A program made the position numbers and the translations under genes. The notes under the pieces were generated by a model. The model saw only the letters and a program-made list of their open reading frames with translations, had not been told where the DNA came from and ran no database searches. Positions 51,841 through 63,642 of a stretch of 64,000 nt of DNA are shown here, piece after piece; positions within the stretch are counted from its first letter, which is position 1; the number at the start of each line of letters is the position of its first letter. The DNA comes from Gammaproteobacteria bacterium (GTDB lineage Bacteria; Pseudomonadota; Gammaproteobacteria; Granulosicoccales; Granulosicoccaceae). The DNA lies in assembly GCA_002746645.1 (NCBI GenBank), contig PDPU01000010.1, positions 2,947 through 66,946 of the forward strand, read 5' to 3'.

Positions 51841-53383
51841 GGCGCTCCCCTTCATCGCTGGTGGCCCTTGATGACATGGCATCACCGCCATCATCCGCGC
51901 TGTCGTTGTTGCCTTCTCCCTCGAAGGATGCCCTGCCCGGCGCAGCATCACGGCCGAACGCGGCGGGCAGACTGGTTGCGAGCGTGCCGACGCTACCGGC
52001 ACCGAGAGTCAGCACGATGTCACCGTCCTCGAGTACACGCTCGAGCACCGCGGGCACTTCGGCGATGTCTTCGACGAAGATCGGATCGACCGCACCGCGG
52101 TTGCGGATCGCACGGGCCAGCGAACGCCCATCGGCGCCGTTGATGCGTTCCTCGCCCGCGGCATAGACCTCGCTCAGGATCAGCACATCGGGAATCGACA
52201 GGCACTCGGCGAAGTCATCGAACAGGTCGCGTGTACGAGTGAAACGATGCGGCTGGAACACCACCACGAGACGCCTGTCCGGCCAGCCGCCGCGAATGGC
52301 GCGCAGGGTTGCGGTGATTTCGGTCGGATGATGACCGTAGTCGTCGAGCAGTTCGGCTTCGCCCTTCGGAAAATGCAAGCTGCCGTGCGCCTGCGCGCGA
52401 CGGCCGATACCCTGGAAACGCGACAGCGCCCGCTTGCTCGAACGCACGCTGACGCCGAGTTCGAGCGCCACGGTGATCGCGGCGAGCGCGTTCAGCACGT
52501 TGTGACGTCCCGGCAGGTTCAGTTCGATGTCACGAATCTCGCTGCTGACGTCACCACCGTCATCGATGCGCACGTCGAAGAACATCCTGAGTCCCTGCTG
52601 GCGCACGTTGGTGGCGCGCACGTCGGCCGCTTCGTCGAAACCGTAGCTTCTGACCGGGCGGCCGATGCGCGGCAGCACATCACGGATGTGCTCGTCGTCG
52701 ATGCAGACGATGGCAAGGCCGTAGAACGGCAGGTTCATGAGAAAGTCGACGAAGGTCTGCTTGAGCTTCTCGAAGTCGCCGTCGTAGGTCGAGAGATGAT
52801 CGGCATCGATGTTGGTGACGATCGAGATGATCGGCTGGAGGTGGAGGAAGGAAGCATCGCTCTCGTCGGCTTCGGCCACGAGCCAGTCCGACTGACCGAG
52901 ATAGGCGTTGGCCGAGGAACTGTTGAGGCGCCCGCCGATGACGTAGGTCGGATCCATACCGCCCTCGCTCAGGAGGCTTGCCACGAGGCTCGTGGTGGTG
53001 GTCTTGCCGTGCGTGCCGGCAACGGCAATCCCCTGCTGGAAGCGCATGAGTTCGGCGAGCATTTCGGCGCGCCGCACCACGGGCAGGCGCAGTTCGCGGG
53101 CGCGCACGAGTTCCGGGTTGTCCTCGGGTACGGCGGTCGAGATCACCACCACGTCGGCGTCTTCGACCTGCTCGGCACGATGCCCCTGATACACCGTCAC
53201 GCCAAGTCCGGCAAGGCGCTCGGTCAGCGCATTCTGGCCAAGGTCCGAGCCGCTGACCTCAAAGCCGAGATGGTGCATGACTTCGGCGATGCCACCCATG
53301 CCCACGCCGCCGATGCCGATGAAATGCATGCCGCGCACGCGCCGCATCTGACCCTTCACCACCGGAGAGATATCGACAACCAT
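51833..53383 (-). CDS. murC: UDP-N-acetylmuramate--L-alanine ligase
   Basis: [48 protein letters not shown]. Confidence 0.96.
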   Translation of the reverse strand: MVVDISPVVKGQMRRVRGMHFIGIGGVGMGGIAEVMHHLGFEVSGSDLGQNALTERLAGLGVTVYQGHRAEQVEDADVVVISTAVPEDNPELVRARELRLPVVRRAEMLAELMRFQQGIAVAGTHGKTTTTSLVASLLSEGGMDPTYVIGGRLNSSSANAYLGQSDWLVAEADESDASFLHLQPIISIVTNIDADHLSTYDGDFEKLKQTFVDFLMNLPFYGLAIVCIDDEHIRDVLPRIGRPVRSYGFDEAADVRATNVRQQGLRMFFDVRIDDGGDVSSEIRDIELNLPGRHNVLNALAAITVALELGVSVRSSKRALSRFQGIGRRAQAHGSLHFPKGEAELLDDYGHHPTEITATLRAIRGGWPDRRLVVVFQPHRFTRTRDLFDDFAECLSIPDVLILSEVYAAGEERINGADGRSLARAIRNRGAVDPIFVEDIAEVPAVLERVLEDGDIVLTLGAGSVGTLATSLPAAFGRDAAPGRASFEGEGNNDSADDGGDAMSSRATSDEGERRG

Positions 53384-54582
53384 CAGTGTGCTACCTCCAG
53401 CAGGGCCTCGGCGACACGTCGCGCCGCGTCGGGTGAAAAGCGGGTGGCGGCGGCAAGCTGCATGGCGCCGAGCTTCTCGCGATCGCCCGCGAGTTCGGTG
53501 ATGGTGCCCGCCAGCGTGTCGGCCTGAAGCTCCGCCTGGCGAACGACGATGGCGGCACCCGCGTCGGCAAGGTGCCGGGCATTGGCGTATTGATGATCGT
53601 CGACGGCATGCGGGTACGGCACGAGGATCGACGCCTTGCCGAGCGCGGCAAGCTCGGTGACGGTCATGGCGCCCGCACGACACACGACCAGATCAGCCCA
53701 GGCATAGGCCGCGGCCATGTCGTCGATGAAGTCGTCAACCCGCACCTCGGCATCGGGAACGGTGGCTGCATAGCGTGCGCGTACCGTTTCGCCATTGCCC
53801 GCACCACACTGATGCCAGCACTCGGCCACGCCGTCGAGTCGGGCGAACACCTCAGGCATCGTGTCGTTCAGCACTTTCGCGCCGAGGCTGCCACCGACCA
53901 CCAGAATCTTCAGGCGATCCGAACGGTTCACGTCACGGCTTGCGGACGTCACGTTGCCGGTGGCTGGTACGGCGCCGTCGACCGAGGGTGTATCTGCCGC
54001 CGTCGCGGCATCGCTGCCGGCGCCGTCGACAGACCGCGCTTCCGCTGCTCCGGTTGCAGCATCGCTGCCGATGACGCGCCGCGCCATGCTTTCCCGTACC
54101 GGATTGCCCACCACCTCGGCCGCCACGCTGTCGGGGAACACGGCCGGCCAGGCCGCAAAGACACGCGTAGCAAATCGCGCCAGATAACGATTGGTCATCC
54201 CCGCGATGGCGTTCTGTTCGTGCAGCACCAGCGGGCGACGGCTCAGAAGTGCCGCAACGCCTGCCGGGCCCGACACGAAACCGCCCATGCCGAGCACCGC
54301 ACGCGCATCCACTTCGCGCAGCACGCGCGCACTCTGCCAGCAGCTCCGGAGCAGGCGCAGCGGCGCCATGAATGTGCGCAGGAGGTTCTGACCACGCAGC
54401 GCTGCAACGTCAATCCAGCGGATGTCGAAACCGGCCGCCGGCACCATGCGCGCCTCGAGTCCATTGCGGGTACCGAGCCAGAGCACCGGCACCTCGCGTC
54501 TTGCCAGCTCTTCGGCCACCGCCAGTGCGGGAACCACGTGCCCGCCCGTGCCGCCTGCCGCGATGATCACCGGGCGACTCAT
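53383..54582 (-). CDS. murG: Lipid II GlcNAc transferase MurG
   Basis: [38 protein letters not shown]. Confidence 0.96.
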   Translation of the reverse strand: MSRPVIIAAGGTGGHVVPALAVAEELARREVPVLWLGTRNGLEARMVPAAGFDIRWIDVAALRGQNLLRTFMAPLRLLRSCWQSARVLREVDARAVLGMGGFVSGPAGVAALLSRRPLVLHEQNAIAGMTNRYLARFATRVFAAWPAVFPDSVAAEVVGNPVRESMARRVIGSDAATGAAEARSVDGAGSDAATAADTPSVDGAVPATGNVTSASRDVNRSDRLKILVVGGSLGAKVLNDTMPEVFARLDGVAECWHQCGAGNGETVRARYAATVPDAEVRVDDFIDDMAAAYAWADLVVCRAGAMTVTELAALGKASILVPYPHAVDDHQYANARHLADAGAAIVVRQAELQADTLAGTITELAGDREKLGAMQLAAATRFSPDAARRVAEALLEVAH

Positions 54583-55982
54583 CGTGCACCTCCGTCGAGA
54601 CGCTGACGAATAGTCTGCCACAGCGCCTCGTCGAAACCGCTTTCGTCAGCGCTGTCGACCAGTTCGCGTGCGGCCTCGCGGCGGCGGCGCTCGGCCATGT
54701 TTTCGGGTTCGGTGCTCTCGTCCACCACACGGGTCTGCGGTGCCATGCGCTCCCGCACTTCGGATTCCACACGGAGAAGCAGCGCAAGTGCCACGGCAAA
54801 GATGACCACACTGCTGCCACCGTAACTCATGAGTGGCAGGGTGATGCCCTTGGTCGGCAGAATGCCAAGACTGACCCCCATGTTCACGAAGGCCTGCAGA
54901 CCGATCCAGCAACCGACGCCGAGCGCAAGGTAGCTCGCGAACGGGAAGCCGGCGCGTTCGGCATCACGCGCGATGCGGAAGCAGCGCCACAGGAGGAAAC
55001 CGTAAAGCAGCACCACGACCACGACACCGACCAGTCCGAGTTCTTCGGCAATGACCGCGAAGAGAAAGTCCGTATGAGCTTCGGGCAGATAGAAGTTCTT
55101 CTGCACGCTGCTGCCGAAGCCGACACCGGCAAGCCCGCCACTGCCGATGGCAATGAGTGACTGCGCGAGCTGAAAGCCCGTGTTGTAGACATCGGCAAAG
55201 GGTTCGAGAAAGCCCGTGACACGTTGCAGTCGATACGGCGAAACGACGATGGAAATGGCCGCGACGACACCGAAGGCGATACTCAGCACGGCAAGCTGAT
55301 CGAGCCGCACGCGCGCGACGAACAGCATCATGAGCGAGGTTGCCACGATGACGAATGCGGCCCCGAAATCAGGCTCACCGAGGAGCAGCGCACTCGCGAG
55401 ACAGATCAGCAGCAGCGGGCGCAGGAAACCACCCCAGGTGTTCTGCACCAGTGCCTCGCGGCGAACGAGGTAGCCCGCGAGATAAACGATGAAGCAGAGC
55501 TTGGCCACTTCCGACACCTGAATCGTGAACACCCCGACATCGATCCAGCGGCGCGCACCGTTGACGCTCTTGCCGATGCCCGGAACCAGCACGAACACCA
55601 GCGCGACCAGTGAGGCCATCATGATGTACGGCCCCACGCGCTCCCAGACGGCAACGGGTATCTGATAGACGTAGTAACCGATGGCAAGCCCCATGCCGAG
55701 GAAGAAGATCTGACGGAACACGAAATGGAACGGGCTCGTGTACCAGGGGCTTCTTTCGGCGAAAGGCAGCGACGCCGAGGCAATCATGACCACGCCGAAG
55801 AGCGCCAGCGTGACGATGGTGACGAGCAACGCATTCTCGGCGAGGAGTTCACCGGCCGACACACGCCGGGAAGTGGCGCGGCGCGGCTTCAGGCGCGGCA
55901 TGGCCACATCATCGCGCGTCGGCGTGATCGTCTCGCCCGCATCCATGTGGACAGTCTGCATCGTGTGTTCGTTCGCGCTCAT
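54579..55982 (-). CDS. ftsW: SEDS peptidoglycan polymerase FtsW
   Basis: NGARRWI, EPDFG, LPEAHTDF, PTKGITLPLMSYGGSS. Confidence 0.95.
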   Translation of the reverse strand: MSANEHTMQTVHMDAGETITPTRDDVAMPRLKPRRATSRRVSAGELLAENALLVTIVTLALFGVVMIASASLPFAERSPWYTSPFHFVFRQIFFLGMGLAIGYYVYQIPVAVWERVGPYIMMASLVALVFVLVPGIGKSVNGARRWIDVGVFTIQVSEVAKLCFIVYLAGYLVRREALVQNTWGGFLRPLLLICLASALLLGEPDFGAAFVIVATSLMMLFVARVRLDQLAVLSIAFGVVAAISIVVSPYRLQRVTGFLEPFADVYNTGFQLAQSLIAIGSGGLAGVGFGSSVQKNFYLPEAHTDFLFAVIAEELGLVGVVVVVLLYGFLLWRCFRIARDAERAGFPFASYLALGVGCWIGLQAFVNMGVSLGILPTKGITLPLMSYGGSSVVIFAVALALLLRVESEVRERMAPQTRVVDESTEPENMAERRRREAARELVDSADESGFDEALWQTIRQRLDGGAR

Positions 55983-57502
55983 GCAGCCAGTACCTCGCTG
56001 ACGAGCGAACGGAAGACATCGCCACGATGCTCGAAGGAATCGAACATGTCGAAGCTCGCGCAGGCGGGCGAGAGCAGCACGACGTCACCGGCCTTGGCCA
56101 TCCGCGCAGCCAGACGCACCGCTTCGGCCATCGAATCCACGCGGTGCACGGGAGCGAGGCCCTCGAGCGCGTTGGCCATCACCTCACGATCACGCCCCAT
56201 GAGAAGCAGTGCCTTGAGACTGCCGGCAAGCGGTTCGCGCAGGGCCCCGAAATCGGCCCCCTTGCCGAGACCACCGGCGATCAGGATCACGGGCCCGGGC
56301 ATGGCCGAAACCGCCTTTTCGCAGGCATCGATGTTGGTACCCTTGGAATCGTTGTACCAGCGTACACCGGCGTGTTCGCCGACAAGCTCGGTACGATGCG
56401 CGAGACCGCGGAAGGCAAGCATGGCCCCGGCCGCCATCTGCAGCGTGGCCTTGACGATGCCGGCATCGACAAGCGGTCTGATCAGCGCGAGCGCGGCAAG
56501 CGCGTTGGCCACGTTGTGCCTGCCGGGCAGCGGCAGACGATCCGCCGCCACGAGGAACTCGGCATCATCGCCCTCGTCACTGACGACAAGCCAGTCGCGC
56601 CTGACTGACGCACTTGGTGCGGCCTCTTCCCGTGAGCCCACTCCTGCGTCCACACTTGAGCCCGCTGAATCCGGGCGTGAGCCCACGCCTGAATCCAGAC
56701 CCGAGCCCACTCGCGAGGCAAGCGCATAGACACATCGAACGTCGTCGGTGACGCTCGGTGCCGCCGCCTTGCCCACACCTCCCGCCAGCGTGAACCCGGC
56801 GCACGACGCACTCTTGTCTGCTGCACAGGTACGCGCATCATCGAGATTGATCACGCAGTTCGACGCGCCATCGTAGATGTGACGCTTGACCGCGGCGTAG
56901 GCCTCGATCGACTCGTAGCGATCGAGATGATCATCGCTGACGTTAAGTACCGTCGCGGCCAGCGGCCGGAGTGACTCGGTGGATTCGAGCTGATAGCTCG
57001 AAAGCTCGAGCACCAGCACCTCGGGGCGCTTGCCAGCCTTGTCTTTCGAACCATCGGCATCGGCATCGGCACCCTCCAGCATATCCAGCGCCGGGCGCCC
57101 GATGTTGCCGCAGGCAACGGCATTGCAGCCGAGTGCTCTCAGCATCTGCTCGAGCCAGGCCGCGACCGTGCTCTTGCCGTTCGAACCGGTCACGGCAACC
57201 ACCGGCACGTCGACTTCGCCCGCGAAGAGTTCGATGTCACCGATCACCCTGACACCCTTGTCGATGGCCGCCTGAACTGCATCGCCGGCACGCGGAATGC
57301 CCGGGCTCAGCACGACCACATCGGCCGTTGCCAGAGTCTCGCCGTTCAGGGGCAGAGTTGCCATATTGCCGGGCTCGTCGAATCGTGCGTCGGCCATCGA
57401 CCAGGCGACACCGGCGCGATCGAGAAAACGCGCCACCGATTGTCCGGTGCTGCCCGCCCCGGCGACGATGACCTTGCGACCTTTGAGTTCCGTCGTCTTC
57501 AT
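55979..57502 (-). CDS. murD: UDP-MurNAc-L-Ala--D-Glu ligase
   Basis: SPGI, VTGSNGKSTV, ELSSYQL, DHLDRY, NDSKGTN, LLSPACASFD. Confidence 0.95.
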   Translation of the reverse strand: MKTTELKGRKVIVAGAGSTGQSVARFLDRAGVAWSMADARFDEPGNMATLPLNGETLATADVVVLSPGIPRAGDAVQAAIDKGVRVIGDIELFAGEVDVPVVAVTGSNGKSTVAAWLEQMLRALGCNAVACGNIGRPALDMLEGADADADGSKDKAGKRPEVLVLELSSYQLESTESLRPLAATVLNVSDDHLDRYESIEAYAAVKRHIYDGASNCVINLDDARTCAADKSASCAGFTLAGGVGKAAAPSVTDDVRCVYALASRVGSGLDSGVGSRPDSAGSSVDAGVGSREEAAPSASVRRDWLVVSDEGDDAEFLVAADRLPLPGRHNVANALAALALIRPLVDAGIVKATLQMAAGAMLAFRGLAHRTELVGEHAGVRWYNDSKGTNIDACEKAVSAMPGPVILIAGGLGKGADFGALREPLAGSLKALLLMGRDREVMANALEGLAPVHRVDSMAEAVRLAARMAKAGDVVLLSPACASFDMFDSFEHRGDVFRSLVSEVLAA

Positions 57503-58584
57503 CAGCGGATCTTCAACGTCGAGAGGCCGATCAGCACCAGAATCACGGTGATGATCCAGAAACGCACGATGATGCGCGGCTCGGGCCAGCCCTTGAGTTC
57601 GAAGTGATGGTGGATCGGTGCCATGCGAAAGACACGCCTGCCCGTGAGCTTGTAGGAACTCACCTGCACGATCACCGAGACCGCTTCGAGCACGAAGATG
57701 CCGCCCATGATGAAGAGCACGAGTTCCTGGCGCACGACCACGGCAACGATGCCGAGAGAGGCACCGATGGCGAGTGCGCCGACATCGCCCATGAACACCT
57801 GCGCCGGGTAGGTGTTGAACCAGAGAAAGCCAAGCCCGGCCCCAACCAGGGCACTGCAGAACACAGTCAGTTCACCCGCGTTCGTCACCGAGGGGATGCC
57901 GAGATAGTCGGAGAACACGGCGTGACCGGCCAGATAGGCAATGAGACCGAGCGCACCGGCGACCATCACCGAAGGCAGGATTGCCAGACCATCGAGCCCG
58001 TCGGTCAGATTCACGGCGTTGCTGCTGCTGACCACGACGAGAAAGGCCAATGGCACGAACAGCCAGCCGAGGTGGAACACCGCTTCCTTGAAGAAAGGCA
58101 CGATGAGTTCGAGTTCAACCCGATCCTGGGCGGTAAGGTAGAGCACCAGTGCGGCGATGCCTGCAACCACACTCTGCCAGAACAGTTTCTCGCGTGCGCT
58201 GAGTCCGTCGGAGTTACCGAGCATGACCTTGCGGTAGTCGTCGATCCAGCCGATGGCGCCATAGCCGAGACAGACGAACAGCACCACCCACACCTGCCGG
58301 ACGCCAAGGTCGGACCAGAGCAGCGTACTCATGACCACGGCGAGAATGATCATCGCGCCACCCATCGTGGGAGTGCCCGCCTTGACGAGATGCGACTGCG
58401 GGCCATCATCGCGCACCGACTGACCGATGCGCGCGTTCCGCAGCCAACGGATGAGGGCAGGGCCCGAAAGCAGGCAGATCAGGAGCGAAGTGAGGGCGGC
58501 GAAGATCGCTCGCACGGTGATGTACCGCACCACACCGAAGCCATCGTCGATGAAGGACAGCCATTCGCCAACGAGCAGCATCAT
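57502..58584 (-). CDS. mraY: Phospho-MurNAc-pentapeptide transferase
   Basis: [36 protein letters not shown]. Confidence 0.97.
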   Translation of the reverse strand: MMLLVGEWLSFIDDGFGVVRYITVRAIFAALTSLLICLLSGPALIRWLRNARIGQSVRDDGPQSHLVKAGTPTMGGAMIILAVVMSTLLWSDLGVRQVWVVLFVCLGYGAIGWIDDYRKVMLGNSDGLSAREKLFWQSVVAGIAALVLYLTAQDRVELELIVPFFKEAVFHLGWLFVPLAFLVVVSSSNAVNLTDGLDGLAILPSVMVAGALGLIAYLAGHAVFSDYLGIPSVTNAGELTVFCSALVGAGLGFLWFNTYPAQVFMGDVGALAIGASLGIVAVVVRQELVLFIMGGIFVLEAVSVIVQVSSYKLTGRRVFRMAPIHHHFELKGWPEPRIIVRFWIITVILVLIGLSTLKIR

Positions 58585-60044
58585 GAAGACACCTCATCGG
58601 ACGTTTCCGGCGTTTCCGGCATTTCCGGCATTTCCGGCGTTTCCTCATTACCGGCGTCATTCACCACCAGTGCTTCGACCACACGTTCCATGTGCGCACT
58701 GCGCGAACCCTTCACCATCACCACTGAGTCCACATCCAGCACCTGTCGAAGTGCTGCGGAGAGGCTCGGCTGATCGGCAAAGTGCCCTCCCTCGCTGAGG
58801 TCGCTCTCGAAGGCACCGCGGGCATCTCGCTGGCGGAGCCGCGGTGCTCGCGTGTCGGCAAAGGCGCAATCGGCTTCACCGGCGAGGGCTCCCACGGTCC
58901 AGATCGCGTCGATGCCGCGCTCGCGAGCGTAACGTCCGACTTCACCGTGAATGTCTTCGGCATCGTCGCCAAGCTCCGCCATGTCGCCAAGCACGAGGTG
59001 GCGCTCGCCATCGTTGGCCGCCAGTACGTCAATGGCCGCCATGACCGATGGCGGATTGGCGTTGTAGGAATCATCGATGATCAGCGAATGGTTCACTCCG
59101 ATCTTGTACTGGAGACGCCCCGGTACCGCCTTGACCGCCTCGAGTCCGGCAACGATCGTTTCCGGCTGCACGTGAAGGCACAGCGCAGCGGCGACGGCGG
59201 CGAGCGCGTTCATGCCGTTGTGATCACCGGCGAGGGCAAAGCGTGGCTTCAGGATCGCACCCATCATGTCTATCTGCAGGCCTGGCCCCGGAAGGCCACG
59301 CACATCGGCCTGTTCGTCGAGGCCGAATTCACGAATGGTGGCGTGGCTGGCAGCCTTGCGCATGACATCGGCGTAGGCGTCGTCGGCATTGATCACGGCG
59401 AAGCCGTCGTCGCCAAGGCCGGAGAAGATCTCCGACTTCGCCTCGGCAACGGCGTCGAGGCTGCCGAAACCTTCGAGGTGTGCCCGCCCGACGTTGTTGA
59501 CGATGGCGACATCGGGCTCGACGATGGACACCAGCCGTGCGATCTCGCCGGCGTGGTTTGCGCCCAACTCGATGACCGCGTAGCGGTGCTCGGGGCGCAG
59601 GCGGAACAGGGTCAGCGGCACACCGATGTCGTTGTTGAGATTGCCCTCGGTGGCCAGCACGGGACCGAGCTGGCCGAGAATGCTGGCCACGAGTTCCTTG
59701 AGGGTGGTCTTGCCGTTGCTGCCGGTGATGGCAACCGTGGGCACCATGAACTGCTTCGCCCACCAGCGTGCCAGCGCGCCGAGCGCAACGCGCGTGTCGG
59801 CAACCACCAGTTGCGGCAGTTCCGTCGAGACGCGTCGTGACACGAGCACGGCGGCCGCACCGGCGGCTTCGGCGGCATCGACGAAATCGTGACCGTCGAA
59901 ACGCTCGCCTTCGATGGCAACGTACAGGTCACCCGCGGCAAGGCTGCGCGAATCGATCGAGATGTCAGCGATCTCGGCATCGCCACCGACGAGTTCGGCA
60001 CCGAGAATCTCGACCACTTCGTCGAGTGTGAAGAACATGCTCAT
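58581..60044 (-). CDS. murF: UDP-MurNAc-tripeptide--D-Ala-D-Ala ligase
   Basis: [41 protein letters not shown]. Confidence 0.95.
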   Translation of the reverse strand: MSMFFTLDEVVEILGAELVGGDAEIADISIDSRSLAAGDLYVAIEGERFDGHDFVDAAEAAGAAAVLVSRRVSTELPQLVVADTRVALGALARWWAKQFMVPTVAITGSNGKTTLKELVASILGQLGPVLATEGNLNNDIGVPLTLFRLRPEHRYAVIELGANHAGEIARLVSIVEPDVAIVNNVGRAHLEGFGSLDAVAEAKSEIFSGLGDDGFAVINADDAYADVMRKAASHATIREFGLDEQADVRGLPGPGLQIDMMGAILKPRFALAGDHNGMNALAAVAAALCLHVQPETIVAGLEAVKAVPGRLQYKIGVNHSLIIDDSYNANPPSVMAAIDVLAANDGERHLVLGDMAELGDDAEDIHGEVGRYARERGIDAIWTVGALAGEADCAFADTRAPRLRQRDARGAFESDLSEGGHFADQPSLSAALRQVLDVDSVVMVKGSRSAHMERVVEALVVNDAGNEETPEMPEMPETPETSDEVSS

Positions 60045-61591
60045 GAGGCCTCCCGCAGAATCGCCGCCACGGTGTCGCGGTCGCTGAAGGGGCGTTTTTC
60101 GTGCCCGATGATCTGGTAGTCCTCATGGCCCTTGCCGGCGATCAGTACCACGTCGGCCTCGTTTGCCTTGTCGAGCGCATGATCGATGGCCTCGCCACGA
60201 TCGGCAATCACGATATAGTCGGCATCCGATGAAAAGCCGTCGAGGATGTCGGCGATGATGGCCGCGGAAGATTCGGTACGCGGATTGTCATCGGTCACGA
60301 TCACGCGATCGCCCGCGGCAGCAGCGGCTGCCATCGGTGCGCGCTTGCCGGGGTCACGATCACCCCCGCAGCCGAACACCACCCAGAGCTCACCGGCGCA
60401 ATGCGGACGCAGGGCGTCGATGGCGGCAGCCAGTGACTGCGGCGTGTGCGAGTAGTCGACCACGGCAAGAGGCCCGCCCGCGTCCCCGGGGCGAAACACT
60501 TCCATGCGCCCGGCCACCGGCCTCACGCTCGACAGTGCATGCACGGCCTCGTTCGCCGCCACACCGGCAGCGCGCAGCACGCCATGACAGGCAAGCAGGT
60601 TGTCGACGTTGAAGCGACCGAAGAGCCTGCTGTCGACGGTGGTGCGAGCGTCGCCGTCGTGCAGGGTGAAGGCCAGTCCGCCGGTACGGGATTCGATGTC
60701 GCTGGCGCACACCAGGTTCACACCCGCTGCGGCCAATGCGCTCTGATCAGACAACGCGCCTTGATCATGGCTGTCGAAACCCCAGCGCTCGACCGACTCG
60801 GGCGCCGAAGCGAGCAGTGAACGCCCGAAGGCATCGCCGACATTCACGACCATGGCCTCAAGCGTCGGCCAGGCAAACAACATCGCCTTCGCCTCGCGAT
60901 AGGCCTCGATGCTGCCGTGATAGTCGAGGTGATCGCGTCCGAAGTTGGTCAGCACCGCAACGCGAATGTCGAGCCCTTCGAGGCGCCCTTCGGCAAGCGC
61001 GTGCGACGATGCTTCGAAGGCAACGTGCGTTGCGCCCTCCGCGGCGAGTTCGAACAGCATGCGGCGCAGCATGATCACGTCAGGCGTGGTCAGGGCATTC
61101 TCCCGCAGCCTCTCTCCCATGCCCCAGCCCACGGTACCTATGTAGCCACAGGGACGCCCCGCTGCGCTCAGCGCTTCGCTGATGAAACGACACACGGAGG
61201 TCTTGCCGTCGGTGCCCGTCACACCGATGAGAAAGAGACGCGAGGCCGGCGTCGCGTACACCGCGTCGGCAATCTCGGGTGCCAGGCGCGAGACATCACC
61301 CTCGACGGCGACACGAGCAAGGCCTGCGGCCTCGGCGCGCACCACCGCGTCGGGATGCTGCGCCCAGTCATTGACACCGGCCACCACGGCCACGGCACCC
61401 TTCTCGATCGCGTCAGCGATGTGCAGCAGTCCGTGACTCGCGCGGCCTGCAAGCGCAAGGTACAGATCACCCCGCTGCAACAGACGCGAATCGAGCGCCG
61501 CACCACTGACGACGGAGGCACGATTGCCACTGACAATCTGATCAGCGGAAAACAGGGAGTCAAGTGCACACTGGATAACAGGAAGACTCAT
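60041..61591 (-). CDS. murE: UDP-MurNAc-dipeptide--meso-DAP ligase
   Basis: GVTGTDGKTS, TTPD, EASSH, DHLDYHG, DNPR, AGKGHEDYQ. Confidence 0.95.
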   Translation of the reverse strand: MSLPVIQCALDSLFSADQIVSGNRASVVSGAALDSRLLQRGDLYLALAGRASHGLLHIADAIEKGAVAVVAGVNDWAQHPDAVVRAEAAGLARVAVEGDVSRLAPEIADAVYATPASRLFLIGVTGTDGKTSVCRFISEALSAAGRPCGYIGTVGWGMGERLRENALTTPDVIMLRRMLFELAAEGATHVAFEASSHALAEGRLEGLDIRVAVLTNFGRDHLDYHGSIEAYREAKAMLFAWPTLEAMVVNVGDAFGRSLLASAPESVERWGFDSHDQGALSDQSALAAAGVNLVCASDIESRTGGLAFTLHDGDARTTVDSRLFGRFNVDNLLACHGVLRAAGVAANEAVHALSSVRPVAGRMEVFRPGDAGGPLAVVDYSHTPQSLAAAIDALRPHCAGELWVVFGCGGDRDPGKRAPMAAAAAAGDRVIVTDDNPRTESSAAIIADILDGFSSDADYIVIADRGEAIDHALDKANEADVVLIAGKGHEDYQIIGHEKRPFSDRDTVAAILREAS

Positions 61592-63642
61592 GAGCGATCT
61601 GCTCCGCTGTCGTCCCGCACCATATCTGCGCGCTGTTGATCAGCGCCCGTGGGTACATCGATTCCGATCGTGCCGGCACGATTGTCGTCAGCGCCAGCGG
61701 GTGCATCGGTCCCGATCGCGCCGGCACGATTGTCGTCAGCGCCCGCGGGCTTGCGAACGCCGATCACGTGCGCACGCTCACCGTCGATATCATCGGGCTC
61801 GATGCCACCGATACGCAGCGCATGCGCCATGACCTCGGCAAACACCGGAGCAGCAACCTGGCTGCCGAAGTGTCCGCCGGCCTTCGGGTCGTGCACCACC
61901 ACGACGGCGGCGTATTCGGGATCGCTTGCCGGCGCAAACCCCGCGAACAGCGAAATGTAGCGGTCTTCCGCATAGCTGCCCGACTGCGAGCGGTGCGAAG
62001 TACCGGTCTTGCCGGCCACGGTGTAGCCGGGGATGCGCGCACGCGTGCCCGTGCCTTCGAGCACCACCGATTCGAGCATCCGGCTCACGTCGGCGGCCAC
62101 GTCCTCGTCAATGACGCGACGCCCTTCGGGTACTTCGTCAAGCGCCACGAACGAAACAGGCGGCATCACGCCGTCGTTGGCGATCGCGGCATAGGCGCGC
62201 ACGAGCTGCAGGGCCGAGACGGCAATGCCGTAGCCGTAAGACACACTCGCCTGTTCGATGTGATGCCAGAGCGTCGGGTGGTTGAAGTAGCCTGCAACCT
62301 CGCCCGGAAACTCGCTGCCCGGCGGGCGCCCGAAACCGAAGGCGTCGAACACTTCCCACATCTGCTCGGGGTCGAGATCGCGCGCCACCTTGCTGACGCC
62401 GACGTTGCTCGATTTCGTGACGATGCCGCCCAGATCGAGCCAGCCATGATCCTTCGTGTCGCTGATGCGGTACTTGCCGATCCGGTAGGAACCGGGTGAG
62501 GTATGCACGATGCTGTCGGGCTGGAAACGCCCGCTCGCCAGCGCCGCGGCGATCGTGAAGGGCTTCATGGTCGAACCCGGTTCGAACACGTCGGTCACGG
62601 CGCGATTGCGCTGCCGACCGCCACTGCGATCGGAGGTGTCGTTCGGGTTGTAGGTCGGGTAGTTGGCCATGGCCATGATCTCGCCCGTCTGCACCTTCAT
62701 GACGACCAGCGAGGCGGACTCGGCACGATGGCGGGAAATGACGTCGGCGAGCGCACGGCTGGCGATGTACTGAAGCTGACGATCGATGCTCAGGGCCAGA
62801 TCCTTGCCGGGCAGTGCCGGCTTGATGAGTTCGAGTTCGTCGATCTCGCGCCCGTAGCGGTCCTGCAGCAGACGCCGCCTGCCCGACTCGCCCGAAAGCC
62901 AGTCGTCATAGGCCATTTCCAGCCCTTCACGGCCGCGGTCATCGATGTCGGTAAAACCGATGAGGTGCGCTGCCGCCGGCCCGCTCGGGTAGTAGCGGCG
63001 AAATTCACGGTCCGCTTGCAGCCCGTCGATCTTCAGTGCCAGCACGCGTTCGACACGGGCAGGCTCGATGTGACGCGCGATGTAGACGAACTCGCGGTCA
63101 CGTTCGGCATAGTCGGTGATGCGCGCGTTCAACTTCTCGGCGTCGAGATTCAGCAGCGCCGCTACCTCTCGCATGGCCGCCGGTTGCTCGGCCAGACTCT
63201 TCGGTTTGCCCCAGAGCGTCTTGATCGGCGTACTGATGGCCAGCGGTTCGCCGTTGCGATCGAGCAGGTTGCCACGATGCGCCGGAATCACCACATTGCG
63301 CACCTGACGGAGCGCGCCTTCGTTGCGGTAGAAATCGGCGTTGACGAGCTGTACCTGTACTGCACGCCCGATCAGTAAAGCGCCAAGAGCAGCAAAACCC
63401 GCGAGCAGCACCGTGCGACGCATGGCACCACTGGTGTTTTTCGTGCGCGGCGACAGTGCCGGTGGCACCGCTCGGCGGCTCGAAACCTTGTTCCGCGTGC
63501 CACCAACCGGACGCCCATGCGCCGAACGGCGCTTCGCCGAGCCTCCCGTTGCCGCGCGGCCCTTGCCACTCGCCGCCACACGCGTGGCTCCACGAGAAAC
63601 CGTGACGGCAGGTCGAGTTGTGCCTTGCTTCACTTTCGGCAT
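61588..63642 (-). CDS. ftsI: Penicillin-binding protein 3 (FtsI)
   Basis: RG...DRNG.PLA, EPGSTMK (SxxK), KSSN (SxN), KTGT. Confidence 0.95.
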   Translation of the reverse strand: MPKVKQGTTRPAVTVSRGATRVAASGKGRAATGGSAKRRSAHGRPVGGTRNKVSSRRAVPPALSPRTKNTSGAMRRTVLLAGFAALGALLIGRAVQVQLVNADFYRNEGALRQVRNVVIPAHRGNLLDRNGEPLAISTPIKTLWGKPKSLAEQPAAMREVAALLNLDAEKLNARITDYAERDREFVYIARHIEPARVERVLALKIDGLQADREFRRYYPSGPAAAHLIGFTDIDDRGREGLEMAYDDWLSGESGRRRLLQDRYGREIDELELIKPALPGKDLALSIDRQLQYIASRALADVISRHRAESASLVVMKVQTGEIMAMANYPTYNPNDTSDRSGGRQRNRAVTDVFEPGSTMKPFTIAAALASGRFQPDSIVHTSPGSYRIGKYRISDTKDHGWLDLGGIVTKSSNVGVSKVARDLDPEQMWEVFDAFGFGRPPGSEFPGEVAGYFNHPTLWHHIEQASVSYGYGIAVSALQLVRAYAAIANDGVMPPVSFVALDEVPEGRRVIDEDVAADVSRMLESVVLEGTGTRARIPGYTVAGKTGTSHRSQSGSYAEDRYISLFAGFAPASDPEYAAVVVVHDPKAGGHFGSQVAAPVFAEVMAHALRIGGIEPDDIDGERAHVIGVRKPAGADDNRAGAIGTDAPAGADDNRAGTIGIDVPTGADQQRADMVRDDSGADRS
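61640..61749. repeat. 48-bp in-frame tandem repeat (about 2.3 units) in the FtsI C-terminal tail
   Basis: Encodes PAGADDNRAGAIGTDA / PAGADDNRAGTIGIDV / PTGAD. Confidence 0.85.

Noticed and set aside
50899-53383. No murB between murC and ddl, and no zapD/yacG after coaE
   Set aside because: These genes are often elsewhere or absent in gammaproteobacteria; not informative without the whole genome.
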